A program made the position numbers and the translations under genes. A model generated the notes under the pieces. The model did no database searches, was not told where the DNA came from, and saw nothing but the letters and a program-made list of their open reading frames with translations. Below, piece after piece: positions 27,580 to 37,062 of a stretch of 64,000 bases of DNA (position 1 is its first letter; every line of letters begins with the position of its first letter). Where the stretch lies: assembly GCA_003559575.1 (NCBI GenBank), contig PWKZ01000147.1:35471-99470 (forward strand), written 5' to 3'. Origin of the DNA: Bradymonadales bacterium (GTDB taxonomy: Bacteria; Myxococcota_A; UBA9042; PWKZ01).

Positions 27580-28257
27580 TCAGGCCGGCAGCCGCTCCTT
27601 CTCGTCGGCGACGAGCGCGCCGCGGTCCAACACCAGCAGGCGTTGACTGTAGCGCTCGATTAATGCCCGGTCGTGCGTCGCCACCAAGACGGTGGTCCCT
27701 TTGCGTTGCACGTCCTGCAGCAAGTTCATGATATCGACCGACAGCTCGGGGTCGAGGTTACCGGTGGGCTCGTCGGCCAGCAAGATGGCCGGTTCGTTGA
27801 CCAGCGCGCGGGCGATGGCGACCCGCTGCTGTTCGCCGCCGGAGAGCACTGGGGGCAGCTCATTGGGATAGTTCTCGAGGTGCAAAAGCTCGAGCATCTG
27901 GTGGACCCGCGCGCGAATCTCGCGGCGCGGCAAGCCGATTATCTCGAGCGCGATGGCGATATTGTCGAACACTGTGCGGTTGGCCAGTAGTTTGAAGTCC
28001 TGGTGGACCACCCCGATATTACGCCGTAAGTAGGGAATGCTGGCCTTGCGCAGGAGTTGGGTGTTACGCCCGGCGACCAATATCCGGCCGTCCGAGACCT
28101 TCTCGCTGCACAGGATCAGGCGGATCAGGGTGGTCTTGCCCGCTCCGCTGGCACCCGAGAGGAACGCGAACTCGCCCTCTTGGAGCTCGAACGTGACGTC
28201 CTGGAGGGCATCGACTCCGTTCGGATAGCGTTTGGAGACGTTGTAGAATTGAATCAT
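27580..28257 (-). CDS. ftsE: Cell division ABC transporter ATP-binding protein FtsE
   Basis: Walker A GASGAGKTT, ABC signature LSGGEQQRVAIARAL, Walker B ILLADEPTGNLD, H-loop ATHD; about 225 aa, typical of FtsE. Confidence 0.85.
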   Translation of the reverse strand: MIQFYNVSKRYPNGVDALQDVTFELQEGEFAFLSGASGAGKTTLIRLILCSEKVSDGRILVAGRNTQLLRKASIPYLRRNIGVVHQDFKLLANRTVFDNIAIALEIIGLPRREIRARVHQMLELLHLENYPNELPPVLSGGEQQRVAIARALVNEPAILLADEPTGNLDPELSVDIMNLLQDVQRKGTTVLVATHDRALIERYSQRLLVLDRGALVADEKERLPA

Positions 28258-28329
28258 GCCTCACCAATCCGGCTCCGCAGCCGCATCGCCTTGGCCAATT
28301 CAATAACACAGTGCCGGGCCCGGCTCAAT

Positions 28330-30540
28330 TTAGTGCCGAAACAAGAGGATCTGATTGGTGGTGGGATCGGCGAGCGCAAACTGGGGGTGGCGCCCTTCGC
28401 GGAGCGTCAGAGCGACGGACGCCGGCTGGTCGGTCATCGAGTGGTGGATGGTCTGGAGGGTCCACCGCGCTCCGGCCCAGCGCAGGTACAGCAGGCCCTT
28501 GTAGTACGCGTCGCCAGAGTCGCCGAAGTAGGCCAGATGGGCGCGGCCGCCGTCGTCCAGCGCGAAGGAGACAGAGTGTCCTTGGCCGCCTTCAAAGCTC
28601 TTTAGTGGCTCAGAGCGGACCCAGACCTGGCCCTTCCAGGCGTGGAGGACGTGGGCGCGAAAATCTTTCATGAAGACCGCCGCCACATGAGGGTTGCCCT
28701 CATGGCAAAAAGCAAGATCGAGGGCGACCACTTCAATGTTCTCCCCCGCCCCCCAATTGATGACGGGCTCCCGAAGCCAGCCACCGTCGTGGGTTTGGCG
28801 GGCATAGACGAGCCCATTGGCTCGTCCCACCGGGCCGTCGGCGAATACGATGGCGGCGCCTCTCTCCGGGTGAGCGGCGAGTTTGCCATAGCGCGCCTGG
28901 CCGGAAGAGATGGCCTCCGAGCGCCAGATCTCGCCGTCGAGACGGCGGAGCTGGAGCTCGAAAGCCTCATGGTCATAGTGGGTGATGAGCGGGTTGCCGT
29001 CGGCGCCGAAGATCAGTGACGCGTACGCGCCTCGCGTTTCGCCGGTGGTCACTGTCTCGACCGCCCAGGTTGGTGCGTTACGAGAGGCGAACATGAGCGC
29101 TGTTTGCGGTCGTGTTTGGAACGCCAGGTGAGGAGCGCCGCCCGGGGCCAGCGCCAGCGCCGGGAAAGCCGCGTCGGTGTCGTCGTAGACGGTCTCCGCC
29201 GTGTCGCCTTGGGGCCCGCTAGAGGCGTAGCCGATCCCTCCCCCACCGGGATCGCCCACGAGCGTGTAGGCCAGGTGCAGCGTGCCATCATCACCCGGCT
29301 TCATCGCCAGGAATCGACCGTCGGCGCCGTCGTCGAGTGTCGTCTGGCGCCAAGTGCAGCATCCCGACTCGCAAGGGTATTGGCCGCGCTCACATTCGTC
29401 GCAGTCGTTGTCGAGCTCGGCAAGGCAGCCGGTGGGGCAGCAGCCGTCGTCGTCGATGCACGCGGTGACGGGCTCAAAGTGGCAGACCACGTCGCAGGTC
29501 TCGGGGCTGCCGGTCATGGTGCCGATGGTACAGGGGTCGCCGTCGTCGCAGTCGGTGGGGCAGTCGCCGTCGCAGGTCTCGCCAGGCTCGATGACACCGT
29601 TGCCGCAGACCGGCTCGCAGTCGGAGTCGGTGTTGGCGTTGCAGCCCGGTGGGCAGCAGCCGTCGTCGTCACGGCAGTAGGTGATCACGTTCTTGAGACA
29701 CTGGGCCGAGCAGTTGTCCGGGCTGCCGATGCGATAGTTGAAGGTGCAGGGGTCGCCGTCGTCGCAGTCGGTGGGACAGTCGCCGTCGCACAGCTCGCCG
29801 GGATCGAGCACGCCGTCGCCGCAGGTGGGCGAGCAGTCGTCGTCGTTGTTGGGGTTACAGCCCGGCGGGCAGCAGCCGTCGCCGAACCAGCATGTCCGAA
29901 TCTCAACGAACAAACACTGGGCGCTGCAGTTGTCGGGACAGCCCACCAAGATGCCGCGAGTGCAGGGGTTGCCGTCGTCGCATTCGGTTGGGCAATCTCC
30001 GTCGCAGACCTCGCCCGGATCGACTATTCCGTCGCCACAGGTGGGCGAGCAGTCGGAGTCGGTCTCCGGGGTACAGCCCGGCGGGCAGCAGCCGTCGCCG
30101 TCGATGCACTCGGTGATCGGGTGGGAGACGCATTTGGCGGTGCAGATCGAGGCGTCCCCCTCGAGCACCACCTCGGTACACAGCAGGCCATCGTCGTGGC
30201 ATTCAGTGGGGCAGTCGCCGTCGCAGGTCTCGCCCCAGTCGATGACTCCGTTGCCGCAGAGCACCCCTTCGCAACCTTCGTCGGTGATCCCGCTGCAGTT
30301 GTCGTCGAGGCCGGTGCCGCAGATCTCTTCCGGCTCGGGGCCGCAGAAGCCACAGGCGTTCAGTTGAGTGTAATCGGTCGCGCACGCCGAGACGACGCAG
30401 ATCTCGCACGGCCCGCAGTCGTCATCGGTGCGACAGCCTTCGAACTCCTCTTCCGGATCGCAGGCCGCGAGGTGCGCCGGAAGAGCCAGAAGCATCGCCC
30501 AAAGAAATATCCGCTTACTCGGAGAGTGACCGGGCCGCAT
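28330..30540 (-). CDS. Secreted (lipo)protein with 4 tandem 'Myxococcus cysteine-rich repeats' plus C-terminal beta-propeller-like domain
   Basis: Start MRPGHSPSKRIFLWAMLLALPAHLAAC (ATG on minus strand at 30540). Four ~72-aa repeats CG(D/N)GV(I/L)(D/E)PGE(V/T/L)CDGDCPT(E/D)C(D/H)DG(D/N)PCT...DGCCPPGC... correspond to TIGR02232-type repeats. The C-terminal ~330 aa show recurring xHLAYxx/AIVFADG beta-strand motifs. Confidence 0.7.
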   Translation of the reverse strand: MRPGHSPSKRIFLWAMLLALPAHLAACDPEEEFEGCRTDDDCGPCEICVVSACATDYTQLNACGFCGPEPEEICGTGLDDNCSGITDEGCEGVLCGNGVIDWGETCDGDCPTECHDDGLLCTEVVLEGDASICTAKCVSHPITECIDGDGCCPPGCTPETDSDCSPTCGDGIVDPGEVCDGDCPTECDDGNPCTRGILVGCPDNCSAQCLFVEIRTCWFGDGCCPPGCNPNNDDDCSPTCGDGVLDPGELCDGDCPTDCDDGDPCTFNYRIGSPDNCSAQCLKNVITYCRDDDGCCPPGCNANTDSDCEPVCGNGVIEPGETCDGDCPTDCDDGDPCTIGTMTGSPETCDVVCHFEPVTACIDDDGCCPTGCLAELDNDCDECERGQYPCESGCCTWRQTTLDDGADGRFLAMKPGDDGTLHLAYTLVGDPGGGGIGYASSGPQGDTAETVYDDTDAAFPALALAPGGAPHLAFQTRPQTALMFASRNAPTWAVETVTTGETRGAYASLIFGADGNPLITHYDHEAFELQLRRLDGEIWRSEAISSGQARYGKLAAHPERGAAIVFADGPVGRANGLVYARQTHDGGWLREPVINWGAGENIEVVALDLAFCHEGNPHVAAVFMKDFRAHVLHAWKGQVWVRSEPLKSFEGGQGHSVSFALDDGGRAHLAYFGDSGDAYYKGLLYLRWAGARWTLQTIHHSMTDQPASVALTLREGRHPQFALADPTTNQILLFRH
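29392..30258 (-). repeat. Four tandem ~216-bp coding repeats (Cys-rich repeat units)
   Basis: Protein-level period of 72-73 aa (CGNGVID at aa 108, CGDGIVD at 181, CGDGVLD at 253, CGNGVIE at 325) is mirrored by DNA-level tandem similarity; the plus-strand 527-aa ORF 29104..30687 is a shadow of this region. Confidence 0.7.
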
Positions 30541-30590
30541 GGTGTTCCTCACGAGAGTGGCAAGAAGGTGCCACCCCAAGTCCTGACAGT

Positions 30591-31984
30591 CTACCGGAGA
30601 GGGCCGCGCGGGACAAAGCGCCCCGTCCCTTGCGTGGCGCTCAAATTGCGATCACGGACCACGAAGCGACCGCGCACCAAGGTGTGAAGAGGCCACCCGC
30701 GCATCACCATCCCTTCATACGGGTTGTAGTCACATCGTGAGGCAAGCGCGCTTGCGGTGACCGTCACCTCGGCCGCCGGGTCGAAGACCACCACGTCGGC
30801 GTCGCTGCCCACGGTCAAGGTGCCTTTGCGCGGCCAAAGGCCGAACAGTTGGGCCGGTCGCTCGCAGAGGATCTCGACCATGCGCTCGAGGCTGAAGCGT
30901 CCCGTGCCGACTCCGGTGGTAAACGTGAGCGGCAGGAGCAACTCAATCCCCGGCATCCCGAACGGGATCTTGCGGTAGTCGCCCTCCCAGAGATCCTTTT
31001 GGGCGCTTGTGAAGCTGCAGGTGTCGGTGGCCAGCACGTCGAGGGTCGAGTCGGCCAACGCCGCCCAGAGTGCTTCCTGATGCGGAGGGGTGCGAACCGG
31101 CGGGCAGGTGGCGAAGCGATGCCCGTCGGGGCGCTTGAACAGCTCGTCGTCGAGCAGCAGGTACTGGGGGCAAGTCTCGGCCCGGACATCCACACCGCGC
31201 GCGCGCGCTTCGGTGAGCAGCTCGGGGCCGCGAGCCACCGCCATATGGAAGATATAGAGCTTGCCCTCGGCGGCCTCGGCCAGGTTGATGGCCCGTGCGA
31301 TGGCCTCACTCTCGGTGAATGGGGCCGGGTCAAGGCGTGGGCATAGCAGCCGGGAGCGTTCGGGTGTTCGGGGTTGGCCGCATATTCGGCTTGCAACAAC
31401 TCGAGGAGATCGTTGCTCTCGGCGTGAACACCCACCATCCCGCCGTGGAGTGTCGCCAACCGCAACGCCTGGAAGATCTCGGCGTCGCCGGCCATGAACC
31501 CTTGGTCGCGGTAGATCATGAACATTTTGAAGGTCGGGTGGCCGGCCGCGATCAAGGCTGGGATTTCCGCCGCCCGATCGGGGTTCCAAGAAGTGATCCC
31601 GGCGTGCAGGCCGTAGTCCACCACCACCTTTGGATCGGCGAGCGCGCGACGCTCGGCCACCGCCTCCTGAATCGGCTGGGTCTTGGCCGGGATGGCGAAG
31701 TCGATGAAGCAAGTGACCCCGCCGAGCGCCGCCGAGCGGCTGCCGCTCGCGAAGTCGTCGGCGCTGACCGTACCGCAGAACGGTAACTCGAAGTGGGTGT
31801 GGACGTCGATCACGCCCGGCAGCACAAGCTTCCCGCTGACATCGATCACTTCACGTGCTTGGGCGTCATTGGTGGAGGGGGCCAGAATGGCGGCCACCTT
31901 CTCGCCTCTGATCCCGAGATCCGCGCGCACCACACCGCCGGAGCTTACAAGCCGGCCGCCTTTGAGGATGATGTCGAAATGCAT
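30591..31984 (-). pseudogene. Dihydropyrimidinase/hydantoinase (cyclic amidohydrolase) disrupted by a 1-nt frameshift in a GGGG run (sequencing error or true pseudogene)
   Basis: N-terminal 223 codons (30815..31984 frame; HxH metal motif DVHTHFELPF) and C-terminal 250 codons (30591..31712 frame; ESEAIARAINLAEAAEGKLYIFHMA...) are both hydantoinase-like. They join at about 31320-31327, plus-strand GGGG. Adding one G would restore a continuous ...HALTRPPFTESEAIARAINLAE... frame. Confidence 0.7.
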
Positions 31985-32003
31985 TTGCCAAAACCTTTAC
32001 CCT

Positions 32004-32876
32004 TCAGGGGAGTTGCTCCACTAGTTCGCCGTAACTCTCAGGCCGTCTGTCACGATAGAACTGCCAGATCCGACGCACCTCTTCAATCTGGTCGAGGTCG
32101 AGATCGGCCACCACGAGCTGATCTTCGTCGCGGCTGCCTTCAACCATGATCTGGCCGCGTGGATCGCAGAAGTAGCTCGTGCCGTAGAACTCGCCGATGT
32201 TCCACGGGGCCTCCACGCCCACGCGGTTGACGGCGCCCACGAAGTAGCCGTTGGCCGCCGCGTGGGCCGTCTGCTCCAGCTTCCAGAGATACTGGGACAA
32301 GCCGGCGACGGTGGCCGACGGGTTGAAGACCACCTCGGCGCCCTTGAGCCCCAGCACCCGCGCACCCTCCGGGAAATGGCGGTCATAGCAGATATAAACG
32401 CCGATTTTGGCAAACGCGGTCTCGAACACCGGGTAGCCGTCGTTGCCCGGCTTGAAGAAATATTTCTCGAAGAACCCGGCCACCTGGGGGATGTGGTGTT
32501 TGCGATAGCGGCCCAAATAGCGCCCGTCGGCGTCAATGACCACCGCCGTGTTGTAGTATACGCCTGGGAGCACACGCTCCATCAGCGGCACAATCATGAC
32601 CATCCCATGACTCTTGGCGAGCGCCTGCATCCGCCGGACCGTCGGCCCTCCCGGGATCTCCTCGGCCAGCTCGCTCCACTTCATGTCCTGGCTTGGACAG
32701 AAGTAGGGCCCATAGAACAATTCCTGTAAGCACAGCACCTGGACCCCGCGGCGGCCCGCTTCGGCGATCAACCCCTCGTGCTTCTCCAGATTCGCCTCGC
32801 GGATGGCGTCGATCGGTTGAGCGGTGTCGATGGCGTTACTGCATTGGATGAGGCCGCCGCGCACAATTCTGGTCAT
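32004..32876 (-). CDS. Carbon-nitrogen hydrolase (nitrilase superfamily): beta-ureidopropionase / N-carbamoyl-amino-acid amidohydrolase-like
   Basis: Start MTRIVRGGLIQ (ATG on minus strand around 32876). Catalytic triad context: E in LQELF, K in YRKHHIP, C in VYICYDRHFPE. Adjacent to the hydantoinase gene, the classic pyrimidine reductive-degradation pair. Confidence 0.75.
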   Translation of the reverse strand: MTRIVRGGLIQCSNAIDTAQPIDAIREANLEKHEGLIAEAGRRGVQVLCLQELFYGPYFCPSQDMKWSELAEEIPGGPTVRRMQALAKSHGMVMIVPLMERVLPGVYYNTAVVIDADGRYLGRYRKHHIPQVAGFFEKYFFKPGNDGYPVFETAFAKIGVYICYDRHFPEGARVLGLKGAEVVFNPSATVAGLSQYLWKLEQTAHAAANGYFVGAVNRVGVEAPWNIGEFYGTSYFCDPRGQIMVEGSRDEDQLVVADLDLDQIEEVRRIWQFYRDRRPESYGELVEQLP

Positions 32877-32895
32877 GGTTGCAAGCTCCTCTGGT

Positions 32896-33921
32896 TCAAT
32901 GGGAAGGGAAAGTCTGAATGAACAGGCGGGCCTTGCATGGACCTCCGCCCACCTGCCCGACCCAGATGTCATAGTCGCCTTCGTGCGCGCGACGGAGGCG
33001 CAGCCGGGGGTCCAATCGTCCGTTGCTGTCGCTGTCGAAATGCCACTGCCGCACCGGATCGTTGACCAAAAGGATGGCGTTGCAAGTGCTCACCACCCGC
33101 AGCTCGAGCGCCCACCCGGCGTGGTTGCCGCGAAAGCTCAAGGTGTAGTTGGGCGCGTGGGTGACAAAACCGTAGCCCGGGACCGAGCTGCATTGGGACA
33201 GATCCAGCTCGCCGCCGGGTTGGACCGGATGCTCCTGCGCCTGCCGCAGCTCGCCTGTTATATAGGACAGCGAGCGGCCTTGCTCCATCCAGTCGGGACA
33301 GTAGCGCTGCTTGTCGCGCTCATCCGGGGTCAGCTCACCGGCCGGGTATGTCTTGATGAACAGGCGCGCGTCGCAGGTCTCGTCTCCCGCGGTCCCCGCC
33401 CAGATGTCGTAGTAACCCTCGGGGGCTTCAAAAACTCGCACTCGCGCCTCGGCGTCCGCTCTTCCGCCACCGTTGTCGAAGCGCCATCGCTGGTCGGCGG
33501 TGTTCACGAGCAGCGTGGTCTCACAATCGCCGGTAATCAGAAACTCCAAGGTCCGGAGATCGTCGTTGTCGCCAAAGCGCATCGTGATGTCCGGCTGGTG
33601 GGCAATATGGCCAAGGCCGGGGACTGTGGCGCAGCGGGTCAGATCGACGTCTCCCCCCGCCTGCAACGGGACCTCTTTGACATTACTGAGCTGGGCGGCT
33701 TTGTAGCTCAGGCGCTCGCCGCTCTCGAGCCAGCTCGGACAGACCGGCGGCTGTGGGGTGACCTCGGGATCCTCCCGCGACTCGTCGCCAAGCACCGGTT
33801 GCGCTGCCAAGAGCAGCAGGACTCCGAGCGCGACAGCAACAGGGCGCGAGCCGGCAAGCCATTGTAAGAGTTGCCTTTTATTTCGCAGGCCGTTTGTGCC
33901 GAAGCGCGCTGAGCAAGACAT
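32896..33921 (-). CDS. Secreted hypothetical protein with internally duplicated ~135-aa Cys-containing domain
   Basis: Signal peptide (VAVALGVLLLLAAQPVLG). Two homologous halves, each CP(S/D)W(L/M)E(S/Q)G..LSY...G(D/E)(V/L)DL(T/S)(R/Q)C..VPG(L/Y)G...L(V/L)VN....W(R/H)FD.....G(Y/D)YDIW(A/V)G....C.ARLFI(K/Q)T(Y/F)P. Confidence 0.5.
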   Translation of the reverse strand: MSCSARFGTNGLRNKRQLLQWLAGSRPVAVALGVLLLLAAQPVLGDESREDPEVTPQPPVCPSWLESGERLSYKAAQLSNVKEVPLQAGGDVDLTRCATVPGLGHIAHQPDITMRFGDNDDLRTLEFLITGDCETTLLVNTADQRWRFDNGGGRADAEARVRVFEAPEGYYDIWAGTAGDETCDARLFIKTYPAGELTPDERDKQRYCPDWMEQGRSLSYITGELRQAQEHPVQPGGELDLSQCSSVPGYGFVTHAPNYTLSFRGNHAGWALELRVVSTCNAILLVNDPVRQWHFDSDSNGRLDPRLRLRRAHEGDYDIWVGQVGGGPCKARLFIQTFPSH

Positions 33922-34185
33922 GAGCGCCCGCTCCCCCTTTCAATCAGCAGTCGACAATTCCCTCTTCATCTCCGGCGGCTTCCCGGCCGCCGAGCGCCCT
34001 CCCATAGCCTAGTGGACCAACGAAGGTCTTGTCGACCCTTTACTTCCTGAAGCGCGGAGCGCCGACACCAGGTTTAGCCAGCTCGGGATGTGGTGCGCTA
34101 TTCAAGATTGTGCTACCAGACCAATAGTTCTCCGGGCGGCTCGATGAGACCGGCGCGCCCATGGATTTGACTCTTGGGGGCAGTG

Positions 34186-35430
34186 ATGCATGACTTTTTG
34201 TTGAACGATGAGCAGCGGGCGTTGAGGGATGAGGTGCGAGAATTCGTGCGGAGTATACCGCGACAGCTCGTGCTTGATATGGACGCCGACCAGGTTGAGT
34301 TCCCGGAAGAGTTTCTGCGCGAGGCGGGGCGGCGGAATCTGATGGGCTGTCGCTATCCTCGCGAGATTGGCGGGCGGGGTCTCGATTGGGCGACCACCGT
34401 GATGGTGATGGAAGAGGTCGGGGTCATCGGCTACATCTTTGCGTGCGTCTTCGGGGTCGGCGCCGAGCTGGTCTGCGATGCGATAGTCCTCCACGGCACT
34501 CCGGAGCAGCAGGCGCGTTACGTCACGCCGTTGCTCAAAGGTGAGCTATTTGCCGCCGAGTGCCTGACCGAGCCGCGCGGTGGGTCGGATTTTTTCGGGA
34601 CCACGACGCGCGCTGAAAATCGCGGCGATCACTTCGTCCTCAATGGACAGAAGCGCTTCATAGTGGGGGGCAGCGCGGCCGACTTTTTCCTGGTCTATGC
34701 GCGCACCGATCCCGACGCGGCGCCGCACGAAGGGATCTCCTGCTTCATCGTCGATCGTACCGAGGGGGTGGAGACCAGCTATCTCTATGGGCTCATGGGG
34801 TGTCGCGGGGGCGGCGCCAGCCGAGTCACCTTCAACGACGTGGTCGTGCCGCGGGAGAATCTCCTCGGGCGGTTGCACGGCGGCGCGGCGGTCTTTGAGA
34901 CGATGATGATCCCCGAGCGCCTCGGGACGGCCGCCATGACCATCGGCGCGGCGTGGCCGGCGCTCGATGTGGCCACCCGCTACACCCGGCGGCGCAAGGC
35001 CTTTGGGCGCACAATCGATCGCTTCCAGGGCGTGTCGTTTCAAATCGCGGAGGCCGCCATGCTGCTCGACGCGGCGCGCTCGAGCGTTTTCACCACCGCG
35101 CTGGCGGTGGACAGGGGCGCGCCCCCGCGTCATGTGCGCCGGCAAATCTCCCAGACCAAGAAATTCGTCACCGAATCCTGCCAAAAGGTGGCTCACAACG
35201 CCATGCAGGTCATGGGTGGGATCGGCTACACCAACATCTATCCCGTCGAGCGCATCGTCCGCGATCTCAGGTTGGCCTCCATCTGGACCGGCACCAACGA
35301 GGTGATGTCGCTCGTGACGGCCTCCGAGTGGTACCGCGAGCATGCCGCGATGCACAGCGCCGGCGTGCTGCGCGATGTGGAGCACGACGCCGCCGAGGCC
35401 GACGCCACGGACGAAAAAATCTTCGAGTAA
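34186..35430 (+). CDS. Acyl-CoA dehydrogenase family protein
   Basis: ACAD N-terminal alpha, middle beta (FIVGGSAADFFLVYART) and C-terminal alpha domains (GGIGYTNIYPVERIVRDLRLASIWTGTNEV). Alternative TTG/GTG starts at 34174/34183. Confidence 0.8.
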   Translation: MHDFLLNDEQRALRDEVREFVRSIPRQLVLDMDADQVEFPEEFLREAGRRNLMGCRYPREIGGRGLDWATTVMVMEEVGVIGYIFACVFGVGAELVCDAIVLHGTPEQQARYVTPLLKGELFAAECLTEPRGGSDFFGTTTRAENRGDHFVLNGQKRFIVGGSAADFFLVYARTDPDAAPHEGISCFIVDRTEGVETSYLYGLMGCRGGGASRVTFNDVVVPRENLLGRLHGGAAVFETMMIPERLGTAAMTIGAAWPALDVATRYTRRRKAFGRTIDRFQGVSFQIAEAAMLLDAARSSVFTTALAVDRGAPPRHVRRQISQTKKFVTESCQKVAHNAMQVMGGIGYTNIYPVERIVRDLRLASIWTGTNEVMSLVTASEWYREHAAMHSAGVLRDVEHDAAEADATDEKIFE

Positions 35431-35445
35431 GTTCGGGAGCTGAGC

Positions 35446-36867
35446 TTGGCGCACCTGTTCGATAAGGCGCTCGGGGGCCGCATCCTGAGACTTGCCGGCC
35501 CCGTTGTCCTCGCCATGCTGAGCCAGACGGCGATAAACCTTCTGGACACCATAATGGTGGGCCGTCTGGATCCAAAGTACAGCACGACCGGCCAGGCGGC
35601 GATCAGCCACAGCCTGATCCTCGTCTGGATGTTCGGTGGCTTCCTGAGCGCGCTGGCGGTGGGTACTCAAGCCATCACGGCGCGTCGTTTCGGCGCCGAT
35701 GACTTCCACAAGAGCGGGCAGGTACTCACCAACTCGCTGTTGCTGGCGGTCGTCGCCGGAGCGCTGTTTTCAGTGCTCGGCTGGTATCTGACACCGCTCA
35801 TTTTTCCGTTTTTCAACCCCAACGCCGACGTCATCCGAGAGGGGATCCCATACAGCCAGGTGCGGATGTTGGGTGTTCTGTCGATGGTCGCCACGGTGAG
35901 TTTCAAGGCGTTTTACGACGGTGTCGGGCGGACCCGGGTGCATATGGGCGCGGCGCTCGTCATGAACGTCCTCAACTTAGTGCTCAATTGGCTCTTGATC
36001 TTCGGCAACCTGGGGCTCCCCAAGCTCAACGTCCTTGGGGCGGGCATCGGCTCGGCCATCTCGAGCTATATCGGGTTGCTGCTGATGTTCGTGTGGACTT
36101 TGCGCGCGGCTGATCGCAAGGGCTACCGCTTCTATCGCCCGAGAAACCTGAACCCCCGCGTCATGTGGGAGATAACCCGTCTCTCGGTCCCCTCGGGGCT
36201 GGCGACCGTCTTCGTCATGAGCGGCTTCGCGCTCTTCTTGAAGATCGTCGCCGACCTGGATGTGCTTGAGTCCGCGCGGATCGCGAGTGACCTCGGCCGC
36301 GTCACAGCGGACGGGGTGGCGCGCCCGGCCATTTACACGGCGGCCACCAAACTCGTGATAGACATCTTGAGCATCTCGTTCATGAGCAGCCTGGCCTTCG
36401 GCACGGCCACCGCGACCCTGGTCAGCCAGAGCCTTGGGGCCAAACGTCCTGAGCTGGCGGCGCGTTTCGGCTGGGAGTCGGTCAAGCTCGGGATGGGAAT
36501 CATGGCGGTGCTTGGCGGGATCTCGCTCCTGTTCCCCGATCTCGTGCTGGCCCTCTTCTCGCGCGACCCGGCGGTCATCGAGGCCGCCCGCGGCCCGCTG
36601 CGCCTGATGGCGGTGAGCAAGTGCCTGATCGCCGCGGGGCTCATTCTGGCGCAGGCGTTGTTCGGCGCGGGCAACACCAAGTTCGTGATGTACGTGGAGC
36701 TTATCCTGCACTTCACTTGCCTCGTGCCGTTGGCCTGGGTGCTGGGAGTGATTCTGGAAGGCGGCCTGTTCGGAGTGTGGCTGGCGGCGTTCATCTATAT
36801 TTTCTTGATGGCCGTACTCATGGCCTGGAAGTTCCACGAAGGCAAGTGGAAGCAAATCAAGCTCTAG
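35446..36867 (+). CDS. MATE family efflux transporter
   Basis: 12 predicted TMs; N-terminal ILRLAGPVVLAMLSQTAINLLDTIMVGRL is typical of the MATE/NorM family; 473 aa. Confidence 0.8.
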   Translation: MAHLFDKALGGRILRLAGPVVLAMLSQTAINLLDTIMVGRLDPKYSTTGQAAISHSLILVWMFGGFLSALAVGTQAITARRFGADDFHKSGQVLTNSLLLAVVAGALFSVLGWYLTPLIFPFFNPNADVIREGIPYSQVRMLGVLSMVATVSFKAFYDGVGRTRVHMGAALVMNVLNLVLNWLLIFGNLGLPKLNVLGAGIGSAISSYIGLLLMFVWTLRAADRKGYRFYRPRNLNPRVMWEITRLSVPSGLATVFVMSGFALFLKIVADLDVLESARIASDLGRVTADGVARPAIYTAATKLVIDILSISFMSSLAFGTATATLVSQSLGAKRPELAARFGWESVKLGMGIMAVLGGISLLFPDLVLALFSRDPAVIEAARGPLRLMAVSKCLIAAGLILAQALFGAGNTKFVMYVELILHFTCLVPLAWVLGVILEGGLFGVWLAAFIYIFLMAVLMAWKFHEGKWKQIKL

Positions 36868-37062
36868 GGCGGAGGCCAACGCAGCCCCTATGGGGAACTA
36901 CCACCTAGTTCGAGCATCCAATTCAAGATGTTGCAGGCAAGACGCACCTCGACTTCTTGTGCGTCCGGCTCGCAACGGCCTTGGTCCCACCGGAACTCAG
37001 AGCCTCTTATGCGGCCAGGGGTCATTCGTGTGATCGAGGTGGCCCAAGGACACGATCAAGGT

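Noticed and set aside
29104-30687. 527-aa plus-strand ORF across the Cys-rich repeat gene
   Set aside because: Ala/Gly/Val-rich repetitive product generated by reading the tandem Cys-repeat DNA on the wrong strand; the minus strand has a signal peptide and a coherent repeat structure.
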